IMG/VR virus record: IMGVR_UViG_3300037781_000042
Location: 1-64,000 of that record
DNA length: 64,000 nt
From: a virus
Taxonomy: Duplodnaviria > Caudoviricetes
Strand: one strand, 5' to 3'
Each line of letters opens with the position of its first letter. Position 1 is the stretch's first letter. Under the pieces are notes generated by a model. It worked only from the letters and a program-made list of their open reading frames with translations. It ran no database searches and was not told where the DNA came from. Made by a program: the position numbers and the translations under genes. Positions 17,787 to 27,650 of this stretch are shown one piece after another.

Positions 17787-18692
17787 ATGAAAAAAGAATT
17801 TTTAGGTTACCAAGAATTTATAAATGAAGGTGGAAATGCTTTTAAGAATTTAAAAAGATTTGAATCTGATAAAAAGATGAAAATTTTTGAAAGAGTAACT
17901 GAAATAATGGAGCAAGAATTAAAGTATGATTTATCTGAATACTCTATTGTAGGAAGCTTTAATTCTAAAACAGAAGAGATAGGAGACATTGATATTGCTT
18001 TATATCCTGAAAAATCTTTTAAGTTTTCTACTTTAGATGATACTTATAATAATATAGAAAAACTTTCTAATAAAGTCGGAAATTTAAAGCATTTGAAAAT
18101 AGAAGAAGAAAGAATAAGTAAAACTTTAGGAGTACTTTCATTATCTACTAAAATTGAAAAAAGAAATTTTCAAATAGATTTAATTCCGGTTCCTTCTAAG
18201 AAATGGGGCGAATGGTCGTATCATTCTCCAGATCCTGATAAATCTACTTATAAAGGTCTTTATAGAAATGCTTTATTAGAAGCAATTGCTAAATCATTGC
18301 ATTTTGATTTAGAGTATTATGAACAAAATGAAGAGACTAAATATTTTAAAGAAGGAGAAATTAAATCTTATATGAGATATAGATATTTAAGAAATGCAGG
18401 TCTTTGGAAAGTAAGAGAAAAGAATGAAGGAACACGAGTTTTTAGATATGAAAAGATAAAAGATACTTATACTCCTGTAAGTCATGACCCAGAAAAAGTA
18501 ATAAATATATTATTAGGAAAAAAGAATTTTAAAAAATATATGACATTTGAATCTGTTTTAAATGTTATTTCTAGTAAGTCTTGGAGTAATTATGAATTAC
18601 TTCCTACTATATTAGAAAATTTTAGAATAATTATAGAAGATAGACAAGGAAATGAAATTCCTTCGATAGTTCAAAATTTAATGGAAGAATAA
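17787..18692 (+). CDS. Pol-beta-superfamily nucleotidyltransferase with a capsid-targeting-like N-terminus
   Basis: VGSFNSKTEEIGDIDIAL (hG[GS]..DxD) and a third Asp in FQIDLI. N-terminus is MKKEFLGYQEFINE. Confidence 0.65.
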   Translation: MKKEFLGYQEFINEGGNAFKNLKRFESDKKMKIFERVTEIMEQELKYDLSEYSIVGSFNSKTEEIGDIDIALYPEKSFKFSTLDDTYNNIEKLSNKVGNLKHLKIEEERISKTLGVLSLSTKIEKRNFQIDLIPVPSKKWGEWSYHSPDPDKSTYKGLYRNALLEAIAKSLHFDLEYYEQNEETKYFKEGEIKSYMRYRYLRNAGLWKVREKNEGTRVFRYEKIKDTYTPVSHDPEKVINILLGKKNFKKYMTFESVLNVISSKSWSNYELLPTILENFRIIIEDRQGNEIPSIVQNLMEE

Positions 18693-18693
18693 A

Positions 18694-18822
18694 ATGGAAG
18701 AATCAATAAAAGAAGAATATTGTGAATTGTATACTGAACAAACTGGAAATTCAGTAGACGTAAAGAATTGTGAAAACGATCCTGAATTCATGGAGTGGTT
18801 ATCTGATTACTTATACAGTTAA
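18694..18822 (+). CDS. Small acidic hypothetical protein (42 aa)
   Basis: Not in the ORF track. MEESIKEEYCELY...DYLYS fills the gap exactly, and its TAA overlaps the next ATG. Confidence 0.55.
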   Translation: MEESIKEEYCELYTEQTGNSVDVKNCENDPEFMEWLSDYLYS

Positions 18823-20174
18823 TGGAAAATATACTTAAAGACATACAACAAGGAAATATATTATCTAAAGAAATTTCAGATAATAATATCTTTAATTATC
18901 TATCATCTATTCAAATAGAGAATATAGATCCTACTGTTATGTCTACAGTGTATTCTTATATTACTCCTGAATTATTAGAATCTTTATCAGTAGAATTTGA
19001 TATTGAAATAGAAGATAAAGAAGAAACTGAAAAAATAATAGAAAAACATTTCAAAGAAATAGAAACTATTATAAAAGAAAAAACTAATACAGAAGAAATT
19101 TTTAATTCATCTGAAAAGATAATTAAAATATTAGAAAGACCAGAAGTTTTTAATTTTATAATAGATGAAATATCTAAAAATGAAACGTATTTAAATTCTT
19201 TAGAAGAAAAGTTTTTAAATGAGTCTATTCTAAATTCGTACTTTTCTAATTATCTAACAAATAAAGAAAATTTAGAAGTTTTTAATTATACTACAGAAAC
19301 GTTTAACACTGTCTTAAATGATAAAATAGAAACTATTCATCAAAATACTTTCAATGAAATTAAAAATTTAACAGAAGTAAACAATGAATTTTTCACTACT
19401 GAAATATTTGAAAATCTTACTTTTGAAAATATAGAAAATATAGAAAATATTATAGATAACTCGGCATCTACTTTAATAGAAAATCTAAATACTAAAATAA
19501 TAGAAATAGAAAATTCTAGTAAAGAAATAATTCCTTCTGAAATATCTCAAATATTTAATAACCCGACCTCTATAATAGAATCAATTTCAAATACAATTGA
19601 AACGAGCATCATAGAAGCACCCAGAGAAGCTTTCAGTAATGATATAATAGAACATATATCAAATACAAATAAGACTAACCTGATGCACCAGAACACCTCA
19701 GGTGATATTAAAGAGGTATTTGAATCTTATTTAACTGAAAACAGTATAAATTTAAATAATTTTGAAAGAGTAGAAAATATTTATAGTAATGGAGATAGTA
19801 TTGTAAATGTAGAAGAAAATTATGACAATATAATTAATGTGTTTAATAATGAGTATTTAAATATGTTATCTAGTATTCCTCAAGAAGATTCTTCAGTTAT
19901 AATAGAGAAACATTTACATAATAATGTTACTAATATAGAGAATAGATTTGAGACATTAAAGAATGAAATAGTAGAAATGGTAGAAAAGAAGAAACCTTCT
20001 ACAATTAGTAAATCTGCTTCTAATGAAAGTAAAGCAGATAAAGTTAAATCTAAATCAGATGTAAATGTAGATTTATCTAAAGGTTCTAAAGAGCCCATTG
20101 TAAGACATTTAAGTCCTGCTCCAAGAAAAGTTTCCCCTTTACCTGATTTTCCTTTAATTGGATATAATAAATAA
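18822..20174 (+). CDS. Low-complexity E/N/I-rich hypothetical protein
   Basis: 450-aa ORF, strongly acidic, with a K/S/P-rich tail. Confidence 0.7.
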   Translation: MENILKDIQQGNILSKEISDNNIFNYLSSIQIENIDPTVMSTVYSYITPELLESLSVEFDIEIEDKEETEKIIEKHFKEIETIIKEKTNTEEIFNSSEKIIKILERPEVFNFIIDEISKNETYLNSLEEKFLNESILNSYFSNYLTNKENLEVFNYTTETFNTVLNDKIETIHQNTFNEIKNLTEVNNEFFTTEIFENLTFENIENIENIIDNSASTLIENLNTKIIEIENSSKEIIPSEISQIFNNPTSIIESISNTIETSIIEAPREAFSNDIIEHISNTNKTNLMHQNTSGDIKEVFESYLTENSINLNNFERVENIYSNGDSIVNVEENYDNIINVFNNEYLNMLSSIPQEDSSVIIEKHLHNNVTNIENRFETLKNEIVEMVEKKKPSTISKSASNESKADKVKSKSDVNVDLSKGSKEPIVRHLSPAPRKVSPLPDFPLIGYNK

Positions 20175-20175
20175 G

Positions 20176-22128
20176 TTATCCAAATATAGATCCTTTATTT
20201 AATTGTTTATTGATTTTATCTTCTAGTTTATTTGGATTTGCAAAAGGATCTAAAGATTTAGAAATTTCATCTTCAAAATCATAAATTTCATCTTCTTTAT
20301 AATTTGTTTTTTCTTCTATAAGTTCAAATATTAATTTAACTTCATCGTCCGAATAAGTGTCTACTATTTCAGCAGCAAATTCATCAAAAATATCTGATTT
20401 CATTCCCGGAATTAATCCTACAACAGTCATTGCTAAATCGTCATGTCCTGTTTGAGAAGAATAAGAACCTTTTTTATTTAAAGCAAAAGTTTTAAATTCA
20501 TTTACGGTTTCTTCTTCTGTTAATTCAACTACATTAAGTCTAATTAAATCTTTAGAATCTTTACAATAATTAACTTTGTTTCTAGTCATTTTTATTCCGG
20601 GCTTAGGTCTTCGTGCATCTTGAGTATGTCTAGTTTTTATGCACAAATCAGAAAAGAATTCTTCATCATCTTCTAAACATTTATAGAAATAATCTCCATT
20701 ATAATTTGTTTCGTAGTTTATTAACGTTTCATCTTCTCCAAATAATCTAACTAATTCCATTGTTATTCTAGCGATGTCAGATATTTTTTGAGTATTTGAT
20801 CTAAAGACTCCTACTTGAACAAGCTTAATAAAATCAGTATCTTTCTTAGGTCTTTTTATTTTTCTCATTTCTTCTTCTGTCATAGTAGAAATTTCGAAAA
20901 TGTTAATGATACTATAATCTTGTCCTATTCCTTCTGCTAGATCTATTCCTAACACAAATCTTTGTTCTTCAAATATAGGATAACCATCTTTATCAAATTC
21001 TCCATTCATTAATCTTTCATAATGTTCCGGGTGCCATTTTAAATTATCATAAAACAAGTCTTCTACATCTTCAAATGAATCAATTACAAAATGTTCAAAT
21101 TTAACAGAATTATCGTTTAACCTTTTTATTGTATTCTTATCTAAAAGAATAGTATTTTCAGTTGTAAATTGACAACCGAATTCCTGATTAAATAAAGCTT
21201 CATTTCCTTCTAAATTTTCTATTTGTTCTCTTTTCCATTTCTCGTCTCTTCCTTTTACTTCATACCAATATGTTACCATATTAACAAAACTGTTTTTTCC
21301 TTGAAGAGATCTATTATAAATTTCATAAAATAAATTGAATCCATTAGGAGTAGAAGTAATAATACATTTTGAATTATTTAAAGAAGATAGTGTAGGATAA
21401 ATAGATTTCCAAAATGAACGTGCAATATTATTAGGAACGTGAGCAAACTCATCTGCATAAAGAAAATCAATAGAAAAACCGATACCTGCATCAGCTGTTG
21501 TGGCAGATGACATTATTTTACAATCATTATCAAAAATCATAGAAGAATCATTACTTTTGAATACTCCAGGTTTTAAAAACATTGGAAGCTTTACATAAAT
21601 GACCTTTATTTTTTCTACTATTTCTTTTACTGTTTTATCTTTATTTGCTAAAAGAAGAACGTTTTTTTCTACATTAAAACAACAATAATGTAAAATTTGA
21701 ATTGCTGTCATTACACTTTTTCCAATTTGTCTACTAGCCATATAGACAGCAAATCTATTGTCACTCGTAAGTTTTAGATACTTTTTTTGATAATCTCTTA
21801 ATTTAAAATGAGTATACTTTCCATCTTCTGTTTTAATTTGACAATACTTTTGAGCGAAATATAAAATATCTTTTTGACATTTTTTAAATTCTTTTAATTC
21901 TTCTTCAGAATATTCATAAACGAGCTCTGCCTTTTTATATCCTATCTTCTTTTCAAAATATGGAAATCCCATATCATAGTCTAGACCCTTACTTAATGCT
22001 TCTGTAGCTTCCGCTACTTTAATTGAATTCCATACTTTACCTTCATCTAATTCTTTATTTTTAGTTTCTTTAATTAAATTAGAAATTATATTTGAATTAA
22101 ATGATTTTATTTTATTTCGTATTCCCAT
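20176..22128 (-). CDS. gp17: Terminase large subunit (T4 gp17-like)
   Basis: FKLRDYQ, ASRQIGKS (Walker A), LYADEFAH (Walker B), ITSTPNGFNLFY, GIDLAEGIGQDYS and GHDDLAM. Confidence 0.93.
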   Translation of the reverse strand: MGIRNKIKSFNSNIISNLIKETKNKELDEGKVWNSIKVAEATEALSKGLDYDMGFPYFEKKIGYKKAELVYEYSEEELKEFKKCQKDILYFAQKYCQIKTEDGKYTHFKLRDYQKKYLKLTSDNRFAVYMASRQIGKSVMTAIQILHYCCFNVEKNVLLLANKDKTVKEIVEKIKVIYVKLPMFLKPGVFKSNDSSMIFDNDCKIMSSATTADAGIGFSIDFLYADEFAHVPNNIARSFWKSIYPTLSSLNNSKCIITSTPNGFNLFYEIYNRSLQGKNSFVNMVTYWYEVKGRDEKWKREQIENLEGNEALFNQEFGCQFTTENTILLDKNTIKRLNDNSVKFEHFVIDSFEDVEDLFYDNLKWHPEHYERLMNGEFDKDGYPIFEEQRFVLGIDLAEGIGQDYSIINIFEISTMTEEEMRKIKRPKKDTDFIKLVQVGVFRSNTQKISDIARITMELVRLFGEDETLINYETNYNGDYFYKCLEDDEEFFSDLCIKTRHTQDARRPKPGIKMTRNKVNYCKDSKDLIRLNVVELTEEETVNEFKTFALNKKGSYSSQTGHDDLAMTVVGLIPGMKSDIFDEFAAEIVDTYSDDEVKLIFELIEEKTNYKEDEIYDFEDEISKSLDPFANPNKLEDKINKQLNKGSIFG

Positions 22129-22130
22129 AT

Positions 22131-22760
22131 TTATTCTTCTTCGTCATTTTCTATCTTAGATTCCTCTATTTCATTATCAAGCACTTCGAATTCAGCTTCT
22201 TCATGTTCTTCTAAATTTTCTATTAATGATTTAGATCCTCTATGAATATTTCCAGAACTTTCTGTAGTTCCTTCCGTAAGTTCATCTACTCCTACTGTTT
22301 GAAGTTTAGAAACTATTTCAGAATAGTTCTTTGAAAACACTTCATATTCCTCATCTATGATTTGTAAATATTGTTTGTTATATTTCATGACCTCCATATT
22401 CTGATTCTGAAGATCTTTTAATGCACGTAACATTCTATCGTTAATTACTCCAGCATCTATTTCTTCTAATGCCTTAACAATAAGATAATCAGAAACTTTT
22501 AATTGAAATATAGAATTTGTTAAATTTTCATAATCTGATTTGATCTTTTGAATAGTCCATTTATTATTAATCATTTCAGGAGTTAAATAAAAATTAACTA
22601 ACTGCTTTAAATGTCTTTTTGCTTCATTCTGAGACTGTTTTTTAATTTTATTAAAATCTGTTGCGGTTCTAGGAGGTCTTGCTTCCGCCTCGTCAGGAAC
22701 TATAGCTTCCGTAGAATCTATTAAATTTTCTAAATCTTCTATTGATAAATTTTCACTCAT
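22131..22760 (-). CDS. Probable terminase small subunit
   Basis: 209-aa helical acidic protein directly upstream of terL on the same strand. An AATATATAA late-motif variant lies at 22801-22809 on the minus strand. Confidence 0.5.
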   Translation of the reverse strand: MSENLSIEDLENLIDSTEAIVPDEAEARPPRTATDFNKIKKQSQNEAKRHLKQLVNFYLTPEMINNKWTIQKIKSDYENLTNSIFQLKVSDYLIVKALEEIDAGVINDRMLRALKDLQNQNMEVMKYNKQYLQIIDEEYEVFSKNYSEIVSKLQTVGVDELTEGTTESSGNIHRGSKSLIENLEEHEEAEFEVLDNEIEESKIENDEEE

Positions 22761-22849
22761 TTAGTAACTCGTTTAATGTGTACAATTATACTATTTAAAG
22801 TTATATATTGACGTTTTTTGATAAAAAATTTATTTTTTAAAAATTTTTA

Positions 22850-22881
22850 TTTTTTATTTAAAAAATTTTTCTTATATTACA
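22850..22881 (+). promoter_or_regulatory. Putative early promoter
   Basis: Identical to 7941-7972. Heads the 22.9-28.3 kb cluster of small ORFs. Confidence 0.55.
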
Positions 22882-22912
22882 ACATATTTAATTAACATTT
22901 TACGGAGAAGTT

Positions 22913-23371
22913 ATGAAACGGTTAATAATTTTATTTATTTTTTTGAGTACTTTAGTATTGTATTCAAATGCTGGAAAAAATTTAATTTACACTGGACCTC
23001 ATACATTATCAAAAAACATAATCTATGATTATGATGGAGAGTATTTAAGAGATTCTAGAAGTAATAAAGAAGTAATTGTTTATAATTATGATGGAAGATA
23101 TGTTCGAAAAGGAAATAATAAGAACTTCCAAACTGTTGCAAATTTTGATGGTCAATATGTTTATAGAAAAAATAGTAATTTTAAAAAGGATATTCTATTT
23201 ACATGGGACGGGAAACATATTTATAAAGGAGAAGGAACTTTAAAGAAAAATATACTTTATACTTTTGATGGAGTTCATCTATATAAAGGAGGTAGTACTT
23301 TTAAAAGAGATATTTTACTTACAGTAAAAGGACATGTTCCAATTGTTTTATTAATAGTTTTAATAGGATAG
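22913..23371 (+). CDS. Exported protein with five ~22-aa [YFW]DG repeats
   Basis: Signal-peptide-like N-terminus MKRLIILFIFLSTLVLYSNA. Repeats such as NILYTFDGVHLYKG. Confidence 0.7.
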   Translation: MKRLIILFIFLSTLVLYSNAGKNLIYTGPHTLSKNIIYDYDGEYLRDSRSNKEVIVYNYDGRYVRKGNNKNFQTVANFDGQYVYRKNSNFKKDILFTWDGKHIYKGEGTLKKNILYTFDGVHLYKGGSTFKRDILLTVKGHVPIVLLIVLIG

Positions 23372-23375
23372 AAAA

Positions 23376-23753
23376 ATGAAATATTTATTAATTTTATTAA
23401 TAACTTTTGTAAATGTCTATAGTCAAAAATCTTTTGATGTTAATTTAGCATTGTGTCAAGATAATGATATTTTTAAAATAAGATATTCAGATTTAAATGA
23501 AGATGCAATTTTTGATAAACTAGTCATCTATGATTGTGGAAATATTTATGTAGAAGACCTAGATACTTATCAAACAGAAGGTGGACCTGATATTGAAATC
23601 TATAAAAAGTCAGAATTTGATATAAGATTATTGAATTATAATGATGTCAAAGAAGATGCTTATTTTAGAGTCTATGTAGTTTATGAAGGTAAAGATATAG
23701 GATATTGGGACCATATTATGGGAAGTTATAAATTAATTTGGAAAGACCAATGA
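23376..23753 (+). CDS. Exported hypothetical protein
   Basis: Signal-peptide-like N-terminus MKYLLILLITFVNVYSQ. Confidence 0.7.
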   Translation: MKYLLILLITFVNVYSQKSFDVNLALCQDNDIFKIRYSDLNEDAIFDKLVIYDCGNIYVEDLDTYQTEGGPDIEIYKKSEFDIRLLNYNDVKEDAYFRVYVVYEGKDIGYWDHIMGSYKLIWKDQ

Positions 23754-24493
23754 GATTTTATGATAATGATTTAAATATTTTTAAAAAGAGACCTATTATG
23801 ATTCACGGTGTACCAGAAGAAATGACAAATAAAATAGAGGATGTTTTAAAATTTGTTATTGATCCTGTTTACAAATCTGGAAATTTTTACTGTTTTTCTA
23901 AGAAATTAACTTCGGAATTGTTTACTTATTTTTCTAATTCTGTTTCATTAGATGATATGAAGAAATTATTGTATCTTTTTGAAAAAGAAAATGGATGTTT
24001 TATAAGTGATGAATTGTATATTTTTTATACAATAGCGGATAAAAAAAGTTCTATTTTATATTGCAATCCTAGAAATACTGGCGGTATGGACATATTAGGA
24101 TATGTAGAAATTGAATTTAAAGAAAAAACATTTGATTATAATATTATCATAGAAAATTTTGAAGACGAGGAAACTTCAGAAGATTTGTGTTTTGCGTATA
24201 TGATACAAACATTAATGAAAATAATATTTAAAAATTACGTAGATATTGAAACTGTAACAATAAAAAAAAGTAATCCTAGAGAGAAACTAAATTCTATAAA
24301 ATATGTTAACAAATCAAAATATCCTATAACAATAATTGATTCTACTTGGTATAGAAATATAGTATGCGGTCCTTTTGGGGTTAAAGGACATTTTAGATTA
24401 CAAGCATACGGTTCAGGAAGAAAATTAAGAAAATTGATGTGGATAAAACCTTTTATAAAAGAAGGATATTCCAGAAAAGCTAAAAAAAATTAA
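23738..24493 (+). CDS. Conserved phage hypothetical protein
   Basis: C-terminal VKGHFRLQAYGSG...WIKPFIK motif, common among phage hypotheticals. Confidence 0.7.
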   Translation: MERPMRFYDNDLNIFKKRPIMIHGVPEEMTNKIEDVLKFVIDPVYKSGNFYCFSKKLTSELFTYFSNSVSLDDMKKLLYLFEKENGCFISDELYIFYTIADKKSSILYCNPRNTGGMDILGYVEIEFKEKTFDYNIIIENFEDEETSEDLCFAYMIQTLMKIIFKNYVDIETVTIKKSNPREKLNSIKYVNKSKYPITIIDSTWYRNIVCGPFGVKGHFRLQAYGSGRKLRKLMWIKPFIKEGYSRKAKKN

Positions 24494-24516
24494 ATTAAGT
24501 ACAAAGGAGAATAAAA

Positions 24517-24780
24517 ATGGAAAAAGTATACATGGTTTGTGATTATACAGACGATAAAGCAAAATCTATTGATGGCGCTTTAAATATTGGAATTGAATAT
24601 ATGGGAAATTGTGGTGGAAGAATTCTTAGAGAAGATGGAACAGAAATTGGAAGACATCACTCTTCTTCTTTTGGGTGGTTAAGAAAAGACTTAAAAAGCA
24701 AGCTTGATGATCTTACTAAATATGAAATTATTGATCTCATCGGACAAGAAGTTCCAAAAAAATTTAAAAAAGAACAATGA
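24517..24780 (+). CDS. Hypothetical protein
   Basis: 87 aa with a strong SD (AAAGGAG). Confidence 0.75.
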   Translation: MEKVYMVCDYTDDKAKSIDGALNIGIEYMGNCGGRILREDGTEIGRHHSSSFGWLRKDLKSKLDDLTKYEIIDLIGQEVPKKFKKEQ

Positions 24781-25346
24781 GCGGAATAGAAGCAACCTTA
24801 GAACAAAAAGAGCAATTAAAAAATGTTTTAAGAGGAAGAGTAAATAAACCAATGATGAGACGTTTAATAAGTAGAAATTCTGATGTGCCTTTAAAAGATT
24901 TAAGATTAAATCCTTTTACTAAAGATGTTGAAATTACAGATGCTGCTTGTAAACATATTCATCTTGAAATAATGTTATTAGAAAAAGAATATTTAAAAGA
25001 TTCTAATTTAGAAATATTAGAAGATTCTGAATTGTTAAAAGAAGGAGATAAGTTAATTTATTTCTATAAAGGAGAATTTACTAATTATAAATATTTGTCT
25101 AGTATTGATGACGGAGAATATCATGTATTACTTAATGAAGATATTTATCCACCTAGAACATCAGAAATAATAAGTGAAAATAATTTATTTAATTATGAAT
25201 GGTATAAAGTTAAGGAAGGAAAATCTATTTCTCAGAAATTTTATTATCAACGGATGTTAGACTATTGGGAAAATAAAGCGAAAAAAGAGATAAATTATTA
25301 TAGAGAAGAACTTGAAAATTATGTTAAATTCAATAAAGGAAAATAA
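24777..25346 (+). CDS. Hypothetical protein
   Basis: 189 aa with an ATGA overlap. Confidence 0.7.
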   Translation: MSGIEATLEQKEQLKNVLRGRVNKPMMRRLISRNSDVPLKDLRLNPFTKDVEITDAACKHIHLEIMLLEKEYLKDSNLEILEDSELLKEGDKLIYFYKGEFTNYKYLSSIDDGEYHVLLNEDIYPPRTSEIISENNLFNYEWYKVKEGKSISQKFYYQRMLDYWENKAKKEINYYREELENYVKFNKGK

Positions 25347-25349
25347 ATC

Positions 25350-25859
25350 ATGATAGTTAAAAAATATACAGTTTACGAAATTTATGAACATTCGCAAAAT
25401 ACTAAATTTTTAACAGGACCTGATAATTTTATTCCTGTAGAAAATTTTAACACTAAAGAAGAGGCCGAAGAACATTTATTTAAAATGGAAACAGAAAAAA
25501 ATACAAGATATATTATTTGGGAAACATATCATTCAGTTGAAAATCCTATTAAAACAGATCCTTATTTAAGTAAAATTATAAATCATTTCAATCAAGAAGA
25601 ATTTGATTTATTTGGGTATACAAACTTTAGTGTCTACAAAGAGGATTATGAAGATGAACCTTGTTATTACATTATATCTGAATATAGACCTAAAAATATG
25701 AATAATATGTCACATTCTATGTATTATAAGTTTCAGGAAGAAGATAATATTTATGTAAAAATTTATGATAGTTATGAGGAGATGGCCTTTCAGGAACTAG
25801 AAGAATCTGACGAAACTGCTAAATTTATAGGAAAATTTCAAAGAACAGAAGAACGTTAA
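25350..25859 (+). CDS. Hypothetical protein
   Basis: 169 aa. The N-terminal ~60 aa resemble ORF 26428. Confidence 0.7.
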   Translation: MIVKKYTVYEIYEHSQNTKFLTGPDNFIPVENFNTKEEAEEHLFKMETEKNTRYIIWETYHSVENPIKTDPYLSKIINHFNQEEFDLFGYTNFSVYKEDYEDEPCYYIISEYRPKNMNNMSHSMYYKFQEEDNIYVKIYDSYEEMAFQELEESDETAKFIGKFQRTEER

Positions 25860-25879
25860 TAAATTAAAGGAGAATAAAA

Positions 25880-26425
25880 ATGGGAACTCGTCATTTAATT
25901 AGAGTTTTTGATGAAAACGAAGAATTAAAAATATCTCAATACGGACAATGGGATGGTTATCCTGAAGGACAAGGATATGGGATATTAGAATTTCTTCAAA
26001 AAGAAGGAAATTTAGAAAATTTAAAAAGCAATCTTCCTAAATGTAGATTTTTTGATGTAGAGAATAATGAAGAAGATAAAAAATTTATAGACGAATACGA
26101 AAAAAATGCACCTGCATGGTCAAACGAACCTGATAAGAGAACAGAAGAACAAAAAATATGGTGGAGCACATACATGCACCGAGATTTAGGTTGTGATATT
26201 TTAACAAATATTGCAGATTCTAAAGATGAAGAAATCTTACTTCAAAAAGAAGAAATGGAAGAAGATGATATTTGGATAGAATATTGGTATGATATTAACT
26301 TAAAAGAAAATACACTTAGAGTAAATGATCTAATTTCTTTTGATATTAATAATTTACCAAAAAAAGAAAATTTTAAAAATTCTATCTATAAAGCCAAATA
26401 TGGTGATGAGTGGGAGGATGAATAA
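25880..26425 (+). CDS. Conserved phage hypothetical protein
   Basis: MGTRHLI...QYGQWDGYPEGQG motif. Strong SD (AAAGGAG). Confidence 0.75.
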   Translation: MGTRHLIRVFDENEELKISQYGQWDGYPEGQGYGILEFLQKEGNLENLKSNLPKCRFFDVENNEEDKKFIDEYEKNAPAWSNEPDKRTEEQKIWWSTYMHRDLGCDILTNIADSKDEEILLQKEEMEEDDIWIEYWYDINLKENTLRVNDLISFDINNLPKKENFKNSIYKAKYGDEWEDE

Positions 26426-26427
26426 AG

Positions 26428-26601
26428 ATGATAATTGAAAAATATAAAGTATGTGTATTTGGAGTAGCAGGTAAAAAAGATGAACCTTTACATTGTGAAG
26501 TTGAAACATTTAATACAGAACCGGATGCAATCGAATGGATTTCAGAAGAAGGAATTCCGGGAATAATGTATCACATCATTAAAACATACACGAGAAAATG
26601 A
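26428..26601 (+). CDS. Small hypothetical protein (57 aa)
   Basis: Not in the ORF track. MIIEKYKVCVF...HIIKTYTRK, ending in an ATGA overlap with ORF 26598. Confidence 0.6.
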   Translation: MIIEKYKVCVFGVAGKKDEPLHCEVETFNTEPDAIEWISEEGIPGIMYHIIKTYTRK

Positions 26602-26921
26602 AAATAACAAACGAAAAAATAACTTTATGCGGGTCAAGTAGGTTTAAAGAAGAATTTGAAAAAGTAAATAGAGAATTAACTTTACAAGGAAATGTAGTTT
26701 ATTCTTTAGCAATTTTTGGACATTCTGATCCTATTCAACAACTAACAGAAGAGCAAAAGATTCTTTTAGATGCTGTACATTTTAAAAAGATAGATAATTC
26801 TGAATCTGTTTTTGTAATTAATGTAAATGGTTATATTGGAGAAAGTACTCGAAATGAAATAGAATATGCACAAAAAACAAACAAGAAAATTTATTATTAT
26901 GAAGAACTAAAAGGAGAATAA
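26598..26921 (+). CDS. DUF4406 / nucleoside 2-deoxyribosyltransferase-like fold protein
   Basis: ITLCGSSRF, KKIDNSESVFVIN..GYIGESTRNEIEYA. Confidence 0.55.
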   Translation: MKITNEKITLCGSSRFKEEFEKVNRELTLQGNVVYSLAIFGHSDPIQQLTEEQKILLDAVHFKKIDNSESVFVINVNGYIGESTRNEIEYAQKTNKKIYYYEELKGE

Positions 26922-26922
26922 C

Positions 26923-27627
26923 ATGTCACATTATGCACATGGTATAATTATACCAAAAAATATATTTGAAGAAGGAGAACCTGCAATAAATTTGTATATT
27001 AATAGCAAAATGGAAAAGTATGATGAAAGTATAGTAGTTGATCCTTATATACAAAAGTATAAATCATCAGCAAAAGAAATGCTTGAAAAGGAAATAAAAG
27101 AATTTGAAGAAATTGTTGCTGATCCAAGATTTAAAGAAAGAAGAGAAGAAAATCAGAAATTGTGTAAAAATGAATTAGAACTTTTACGAAAGATGACACC
27201 CGAAGAATTTTGGGGAAGAGAAACTGAATATGACGATAATTTTGATGAAGAAGGAAATGTTTTAACTACTTATAATCCTAATTCTAAATGGGACTGGTAT
27301 AGAATAGGTGGAAGATGGGATGGAAAATTAGTAGATAATTATCAATCTTCTCAAAATGGTTTTAATTTCGGAGACCAACATACTACAATTTCTAATAATT
27401 CTCAAACAATCAAAGAATATAAAGAAAGATTGAAAAAGAATCCCGAAACCTATGGTATGTTTTCTTATATTGATTTAGAAGGAAATTGGTTAGAAAAGGG
27501 AGAGATGTTGATGTTTGGAATAGTTGCTGATGAAAAAGAAGAAAAATCTTATGAAGAAGAAGTTTTAAATTTTATAGAAAAACAAAATGAAGAAAATTAT
27601 ATTATTAATTTAGATTGTCACATTTAA
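26923..27627 (+). CDS. Conserved phage hypothetical protein
   Basis: YNPNSKWDWYRIGGRWDG and C-terminal DCHI motifs. Confidence 0.75.
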   Translation: MSHYAHGIIIPKNIFEEGEPAINLYINSKMEKYDESIVVDPYIQKYKSSAKEMLEKEIKEFEEIVADPRFKERREENQKLCKNELELLRKMTPEEFWGRETEYDDNFDEEGNVLTTYNPNSKWDWYRIGGRWDGKLVDNYQSSQNGFNFGDQHTTISNNSQTIKEYKERLKKNPETYGMFSYIDLEGNWLEKGEMLMFGIVADEKEEKSYEEEVLNFIEKQNEENYIINLDCHI

Positions 27628-27650
27628 AAACTTATTAGAGAATAACTAAA

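Noticed and set aside
20176-22128. Intein or intron in the terminase
   Set aside because: There is extra sequence between the ATPase and nuclease motifs, but no C/S...HN intein ends or LAGLIDADG motifs, and the frame is continuous.
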